The position numbers were made by a program, and so were the translations under genes. A DNA stretch of 64,000 bases from contig NIVC01003215.1 of the NCBI GenBank assembly GCA_002269645.1, positions 46,614 through 110,613 of the forward strand, in the 5' to 3' direction. Each line of letters opens with the position of its first letter. Position 1 is the first letter of the stretch. This document shows positions 56,723 to 64,000 of the stretch, one piece after another. The notes under the pieces are model-generated. The model was not told where the DNA came from. It did no database searches and was given only the letters and a program-made list of their open reading frames with translations. The DNA is from Macrostomum lignano. Lineage: Eukaryota.

Positions 56723-58750
56723 TCAGGCAGAAATTTGTTTACGCTTGGCTAGACTACCAACAGTCCCCTGCGAATTCCTCGGTAGTCGACGATCGCGCCT
56801 CGCCTCTCCTGCCCTCTGCTGGCCCAGCTGCCGTTCTGCAGATCCAGCTGCAGCCCTCTGCAGGCTCTGGGATCGGTCAGCGGGTTTCGAATGTTCTTCA
56901 ACCTGCCTCGCTTTGTTTCGGTCGCGTTCAGGCAGATTCTGAGCGTGCTCGACTTCCTTTATTCTGCGTTTTAAGTAGGTCAGATCCTCGCTAATCTCAG
57001 CATGCACTCTTGCCAGGTTATTCTCGCAATGCGCTTTCAGCTGCTCGAAGTCACTTCGATTTTTCTCCACTTCTCGCGACAGTTTCGGACGAATCCTACG
57101 CAACAGCAGAGCTTGGTAATACAGATACTGCAGGAAAGTCGCGGAGTACTTTGGTCCACCTTGATCAGCGTCTTTTTCCTTTAAAGAGTTGGCAGGCGGA
57201 GGATTTTTACTATAAAAGATAATGCTCTACTGTGTTCTATCGTTTTGGATCTAGGTTCCGACCACACAACACCTGTAATTATTGCAAATTACAAATCAGC
57301 ACATGAAATTCATTTTCTAGCGTTTCGTTCAGCTCATTCCCAAACCTGAAGAAGTTTAACGTCAATATCCCTTACACTCCCAGGACAAAAGTTACATTTT
57401 TGAACAGCCCGTGAGAAGCCAAGCTTTTACCCTTCGTAAGGTTTTGCTTAGACTCCACCTCTTGGACGCCCTCTCAATCTCAGCCCATGGCGACATCGCC
57501 AGGCATTAATACTTTCAGGGAAAATCCGCAGTAAGGAATGCCCTTTTGCTTCTCCAGCGTTGAGAATGCGGAACACTTTATCTGTGACTGCATCGCCTTT
57601 ACACACCTACGAGCAATCTTGCCCCAAACATCGATGTTACCGAAGTTTTTAGACCCGAGAATTTCCGCCACATCATCCCCCACCTAGATGCTATAAGGCG
57701 CGTCTCATCCACTCTTCAAAGGGGAAGCACTAGCTGCTCGAGGTGGCCAAGTCGCTGGCCCAACGGGCGTCAACGCCTTCCCGCTGCATCCGGATGCCCA
57801 GGACTTCTAGACTTACAGGGCGTAAAACTCAAAGATCGTGCAATTTTATGGAGGCCACGATTTCCTGGAAAAAATACACTGCGAAGATAGGAAAAATCTG
57901 TTTTCTGATAAAATAAAACTAAACTAAACTAAACTAAACTAATCCTAAACTAAAAATCAGTTTAGAAAAAAAATAGCTTAAGACTAACAGTACCTACATG
58001 CAATGTTTTTATTACAAATATACTTTATTTAAAAAAACAACAACACAAAAAGTTTGGCTAATGCCACTTGTTAGTATTTGCAACTTTGGGCTTATGAAAT
58101 AAAGTGAAAACAATTTGAAAATGAAAACTTCACTACACAGCTATATGAAAATATAATAGAGTAACAGGTTGTGCATGTTAAATTAAAAGAATGGTAGTCT
58201 TCACTGCCCCAGATCAAATACAATTACTGATTTTGTGACGAAAAACTGATTTTTTCCTATCTTTCCTGGAAATCGTAGCCTCCAAAAAATTGCACGATCT
58301 TTGAGTTTTACGTCCTGTTAGTCTAGAAGTCCTTGCCGGATGCCCGGTCCCTCCGCAGCCAAGTCAAGTAAGTAAAAGCCGAACTCACAGACTCTGGTTT
58401 TCTGTCAGGACCAACTCGCGAACATTTTCGATTGATGCAACAGCAGTACAGTGCAGCTCGCCGCTGGTACTCGCGAAGCAGCTCAAAATATACCTGTCTC
58501 CAGATTCCGATGGCCTTACTGTGAATCGAGCTCACCCGAAGGCTGAACAGAGCGATCAGCAGGTTAACCATCACAATGTTTACCAGCAGGAGGAAAACAA
58601 ATAGCGTGAGATTGCGGAACCAAGACAGACCGATAGCGTTTCTGCCTCTGCCATCGCGATCGGCAATGAGTTTTTCTAATTTAAGGGTTGTCAACTTTTC
58701 TCGCAGTGCTTCCAAGAGTTTCTTGTCACCGCCAGCAACGATGTGCAATA
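56723..58750 (-). CDS. TRPM-like cation channel C-terminal part, copy 1 (S6 + TRP helix exon 58750-58389; coiled-coil terminal exon about 57210-56723; intermediate small exons uncertain)
   Basis: FLLLVNIVMVNLLIALFSLRVSSIHSKAIGIWRQVYFELLREY matches the TRPM S6/TRP pattern (N.LLxNLLIAMF...W..QRY.LI.EF). A heptad-rich segment follows. No S1-S5 exons were recognised in the window, so it may be a fragment or pseudogene. Confidence 0.65.
57799..58335. mobile_element. MULE/Mutator-type MITE in the TRPM-like intron
   Basis: About 70-bp TIRs (CAGGACTTCTAGACTTACAGGGCGTAAAACTCAAAGATCGTGC... and its inverse). Perfect 9-bp TSD CCGGATGCC at 57790-57798 and 58336-58344. The paralogous site (about 63945) is empty. 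Confidence 0.85.
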
Positions 58751-61430
58751 CTGTTTGTCATGGCTAAGTCATGGCTAAGATTAGATTTGTAGAGATAGGA
58801 TTTTGTGCGATGAGATTCAGCCAATCTAGATTAGAACGGAGAATGGGGCTGGAAGTCATGCATTCAAAGTAATGAATTGGGAATATGAATTACGAGCTAC
58901 CTGGCTTTCAATAACCGAGTTTGTGCAGCAAAATGCAGAAAGCTTGCAGTGAAGATCAGCGGTACTCTCCGTCGGTACAACTCAAAAATGAAACCTTCAT
59001 CCTCGGAGGCGCGTGTGCACAATTTTGTCTCTTTATAAATCATTGAAACAGAGCACCTGCCTGGCGCACTGTGGCTTGGCAGCAGAAAACCTTTACCTCT
59101 TGTAAGCACAACAAAAGCATTTGCATCGGAGTGGAAAAAAAACTAACCTAACGCGTCTAGACCACGGCTACCAAACAGACGAACTCTAGACTAGCCGATC
59201 TCAACGCCCAAAGGGAACTCAGGTTTGAGGGCCAAGCCGGCAGGATGCGAACGCCTGACACAGAGGACTGGCAGCAATGCTTTGGAGAGGGGGTTGTTAG
59301 TTGCCTAACCAGGGCACAAAGAGAAACTGCTTGAGGGCTAATCCTTCACTGCTCAACCATTCATTGCTTGGTATTGCGTCTAAGCGTTCTCGTTGACTAA
59401 GAAATATACACTGCATTGAATAATATTCGGAACTGCGAGTTTGAGATGCGAACCTCTAAGTCACAATAGGGCCTGTAGAGGCCAGTGTTTTTGAAAACAT
59501 TTCTATCTCGTAAGCAGAAGATAGCAGAAAATAGAGCAGAAAAATCAGCGAGAACAAGAGAGAGATATAAGCTCCTATTCACCCAGTTTGCTCTCTGACT
59601 GCAGAGATTGTATCGATTTTTCTGACCTAATCCCTAGGCTTTTTAGTGAAGGCAAAAGCCAGTCAGCCCTCTTCCCTCGGTTATTATTTTCATCAAACTG
59701 TATTTTGAGGGGTTCAGTGGCCCCCAATACATGTAATTACAACCTTGGGTTGTCAAACCTTTGCTTGGGTGCGACAGCTTTTCTAGTACACAATGTGCAT
59801 ATAAGCACGGGTTGGACCGTGAATTTTCTAATAATTGTTTACTAATTAAAATATAGTATACTTCCAATATACTAAAAATTATTTACTAAAAATATCAGAC
59901 GAGACACTAAAAGCACTTTACGAAAATACTTTGTATAGGTAAGCTGTAGTCAGAAAACTCATGGCACTAAGTAAGGAACTAAAGATACAGTAGAAAAGTG
60001 GCTGTCTAAACTAAATGTATTTTTAAATATATGTGTATTTCCACGCTCATACGAGTAGAAGCTAAATGCGAAATTTACTTTCAGTTCAGTACGAAGTTAA
60101 ACCGAAGCATTTTAATGTATTTTTAAAGACAAGGCTTATTTATTGACTCCTAACCCCAAGCTTAAAGACGCTAAGACAAAGGAAGACGCTAAGACACAGG
60201 AAACGCCCCACCAACTCTACCCCTTCCCCCGCCAACCAATTTTTATTACCCTTCTCGGTTGTTCCTGCCTAAATCTGCCATGTACATTTCAGTGGCTAAT
60301 GTACTCGTACACTATGGCTGAACCAATTAGCAAGCTGTTTACGTCTATAAGCTTGGTGTGACGTTGCCAGTTTAAGGTGGTCCCGAAAAGGGCCGTCGGA
60401 CTGCTGTTTCTCTATAGTTTCAACCCTTCAGTTTCACCGTTTCAACTAAACTTTTCCATTTGTTTATTGCGACGTTTACTTGTAGTAGTGCCCAACGATT
60501 TTGTGGCAATTTCTAATTCACTGTATATTTTGCTATCCTCTCTCGCGACCGTATAAAATTGGCACGATCGATAATTTTAAGTTCTCTCGCCAGCCAATGA
60601 AAACCACTCGTGCTTCGCGCTGCCCCCCTCTGCGCTCCTTTATTAAACCCCCGCCTGGCGGCGGGCCCTCCTCACTTATCTGTCCTTATCTGTTCTTATC
60701 TGTCCTTATCTGTTCTTGTATGTTCCTGTCTGTTCTGGTCCTTGGCCTTGTGCCTGCCTCATTCTCTCTGTCTGGCTGCCTCGAGCCTCCTTATTTCTCG
60801 CCACGGCCCCTCCGTCTGGGCCAGCCTACTCACACGCATACTTGACTGTCTCACGCCACGGCTGACGCCAATCTCGCCACTGCTACTCACTGCCTCCACT
60901 GTGCTCATTGCCACTGCTCACCACGTTACGTCGTCATTGCATCATTCGCCTGTCACTTGGCTTCATATCCAAATTATATTCAACCCGTTGTTGCCGCCGC
61001 CAGTGCCCAGAAAGCCATAGTCTGTGTATTGACAGTCCTAACCAAGCCTAATATTGATATTAACAATAAAAACAACTACGGCAGTTTCCTGCCTTTATTG
61101 CCAAGTGCTCCGCTACACAATCCGCTTTGCAAGAGTTGACTTCAACTTGTTTTGGGACTACGACTTACTGCAACGCTTGTTAAAATGGCCCTTTTAAGGG
61201 TCACAGCCATAGTTAGCCGCTACGCCAATAACGTGACACTTGGCTTCTAAACTTATCAAAGTCATCTCAGCTGCCTTTATTCCTATAAAATACCATATAT
61301 ATTCTTCATTGCTACTGAACTGAAAGTAGAAAGCTGTTTTGCTAAGTATATATGCCTGAGTGGCCCATCTAGTTATCCTAGTATCTGTGATCCCCACCTA
61401 ACCAGAAAAAATCGCATATCTGATCCTGGT

Positions 61431-61748
61431 ATGGAACTCATGGGCGCTGTTAAAACTCTCTTGCAAAAGCACAATACGAAACTGCGCTATGGCAGAAAGG
61501 AACTGTGCAAGGACCGAGGCCGAGTCCCCTCTGAAAGGGAATGCGGTATCATGAACTTTGATACCGCTGATGGGCCGGATTTTCATTGGGTTTGCTGGGT
61601 GATCGATTTTGATAACAAGCATAAATACTATTTCGATGGCGATGAAATGACAGTGTCTGTGAGAAATCATCTGAAAGGGCAAAAAATTACCGTCTATACT
61701 TTGTCCTCCAAGGGCTTAGCAGGAACATTTTTGCTGACCTGTGCATGA
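61431..61748 (+). mobile_element. Remnant of an adenain-type cysteine protease gene of a Polinton/Maverick
   Basis: ECGIMNFDTADGPDFHWVCW....YYFD matches the Polinton protease pattern ECGIxNLD...G.GTHWV.W....YYFDS. The C-terminal Q...CG catalytic-Cys segment is not intact. Confidence 0.6.
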
Positions 61749-62329
61749 CCGAAACCCGAACGTCACAGATTAAGTATTTCTCCACTTAGCGCAATTTCTA
61801 CCTGGAGCCAGAACTTTGCATGTACCGAACGCATTCCTTCTTGCACTGGTGTTTTCATTTATACAATTGGGTGAAGTTGGACGGAGTAGGAGACTGGTGA
61901 GACAACAAGAAATGTTTTTATCGTATTTTTTTCAGGGTGTGGACCATGAGCTGCTGGGACGTTGAAAGTTGCGGTGATCCGGTTTTGCCAGCAAAGGGAA
62001 TGGGGTTTGAAGAATTCACATTGCATTCTCGATGCAGAGGATTGAGCAGTTTGCCTGTAGAAGTAGTATGTTCGAATTTTTTAGAGACAAGAAAATGACG
62101 TTGTTATTGGGATTGAGCAAGTAGCAGGTAAAAGTGTTGTTGGAAGATTTTCGAACTAAGTTGACTCCTTTTTACACTGATGTTTTAGCAATAATGAGTA
62201 CAAAATCAATGGGATTATGGAAAATTATTGTATTTTTAAACAAATTTACCTAAGTTGAATTAATGGTGATATGGAGGTAGTAAAAATTATGATGACAACA
62301 ACAACCGCGCCCATTCAAGAACTCGCGCC

Positions 62330-64000
62330 ATTGGTGATAATTAAAATTACGACAAATGAATGCTACTCATACAAGCTTTTTGTGTACTCACAGCAAGTTC
62401 CATGTATCAATATTTTATTGTATTTTTAAAAACTAACAATCTTGAATGCTGCATTAGACAGGAAGTCGATTATAGAAAGAGGAAAATATGCAATATTAAT
62501 AACACAAAAAGTGTAGTATAGTAGTAATTGTTGTAGATCTGAAATATTCGATAGAGTATCACAGAAAGTATATTAGACTGGGGTTGACAGGTGCATTTAA
62601 AACATATTTAGTTTAAAGTAACCAGATTATCATGGCATCCACTAGTGCTAATGATGATACATCAAATTTGTCTTTAGTGTCTTTGTTAACAGTTTTTGTC
62701 AATATTTCAGATTCATACAAATAGAATTAGTCTTATCAGGAATAAAGATCTTCAATTAAGAAGCAGACATTTTATTAAGTTGGCGGTTCATCCAGAAGCC
62801 AAAATTATTAATTGGAATGCTTTTCCCGGAAATCTAATCTCAGCTAATTCTGTTCATCGCTAATTATCAATAACATAAAAGCGTAAGAACTGAGTGAACT
62901 CACAATCGGGATTCATTTTGCGACTTAACCGCTTGTTTCTTGGAAATACGAGTCTGTATAGTTTCCTTGCTACATTGCTAGTTTACCCACAGTGGCCTGC
63001 CATTTTCCGGTGGTCGGTGTTCTGGTCTCGCTCCTCCTACACTCTGCTGGCTCGGCTGCCGTTCTGCAGATCCAGCTGCAGTCCTCTGCTGGCTCTGGAT
63101 CGGTCAGTAGGTCTCGGATATTTTTCAAACTGCCTCGCTTTGTTTCGGTCGCGTTCAGGCAGATTCTGAGCGTGCTCGACTTCCTTTATTCTGCGTTTTA
63201 AGTAGGTCAGATCCTCGCTAATCTCAGCATGCACTCTTGCCAGGTTATTCTCGCAATGCGCTTTCAGCTGCTCGAAGCCACTTCGATTTTTCTCCACTTC
63301 TCGCGACAGTTTCGGACGAATCCTACGCAACAGCAGAGCTTGGTAATACAGATACTGCAGGAAAGTCGCGGAGTACTTTGGTCCACCTTGATCAGCGTCT
63401 TTTTCCTTTAAAGAGTTGGCAGGCGGAGGATTTTTACTATAAAAGATAATGCTCTACTGTGTTCTAGCGTTTTGGATCTAGGTTCCGACCACGCAACACC
63501 TGTAATTATTGGAAATTGCAAATCAGCACATGAAATTCATTTTCTAGCGTTTCGCTCAGCTCATTCCCAAACCTGAAGAAGTTTAACGTCTATATCCCTT
63601 ACACTCTCAGGATAACCGTTACATTTTTGAACAGCCCCTGAGAAGCCGCCCTCTCTGGCATCGACAGTCATCGCGATTTCCAGGGAAAATCTGCAATGAG
63701 GAATTCCCTTTTGCCTCTCCGGCGTCGAGGATGCGGGGCACTTCATCTGTAACTGCATCGCCTCAACTAAACTACCTCGGCCCAAACATGGATGTCCCTG
63801 AAGTTTTCAGACCCGAGAATTTCCGCCACATGATTAGCAATCTAAGGGCTATAAGGCGAGTATCATCCACTCTTCAAACGGGAAGCACTAGCTGCACGAG
63901 GTCGCCAGGCTGTTGGCCAAATAGGCATCAATGCCTCCCCGATGCATCCGGATTACCGGAGCCCCTTGCAGCCAAGTCAAGCAAGGACTACTCCAAGTAG
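62330..64000 (-). other. Second tandem copy of the TRPM-like 3' region (paralog of about 55900-58390); continues beyond the window
   Basis: Direct repeat offset about 6.2 kb. The same RRIRPKLSREVEKNRS...RDRNKARQ peptide is at 63037-63330, with homologous 3' flank and introns. Confidence 0.85.

Noticed and set aside
58897-59109. Candidate TRPM pore exon
   Set aside because: Its donor (phase 2) does not match the phase-1 acceptor of the S6 exon, and the alternative frame has a stop.
60160-61100. Possible LTR plus leader with 11-bp repeats (about 60680-60740)
   Set aside because: No second LTR, clear PBS or gag ORF.

Overview
Eukaryotic (metazoan) genomic DNA with GC-rich spliced exons and introns packed with unrelated mini- and microsatellites. 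The style suggests a free-living flatworm such as Macrostomum, but that is inference only. The + strand carries a co-oriented cluster: an Emi1/FBXO5-like APC/C inhibitor (9125-11207), a 94-aa ORF that is only a TOX4-type C-terminal Cys module (13542-13826), the CCR4/CNOT6 deadenylase (14867-19254) and an effector caspase (20680-26074). The main discovery is on the - strand (about 50057 to 30919): at least 13 phase-compatible exons encoding a protein of about 4,900 aa. It has one N-terminal galectin-like domain, about 3,300 aa of AHNAK/periaxin-like KGPK..KMPSF..PDVDV repeats in one 10.5-kb exon, acidic 10-aa repeats, a polyQ segment and four more galectin-like domains. The right end holds an orphan low-complexity gene, a tandemly duplicated TRPM-type S6/TRP/coiled-coil module, and a Polinton-type protease remnant. 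Mobile elements include Harbinger-, hAT-, Tc1- and MULE-type MITEs (three with clear TSDs), a decayed piggyBac and a tRNA-derived SINE. Most long ORFs in the supplied track are tandem-repeat artefacts. Exon joins were deduced by hand from GT/AG sites and reading frame, and no database search was run.
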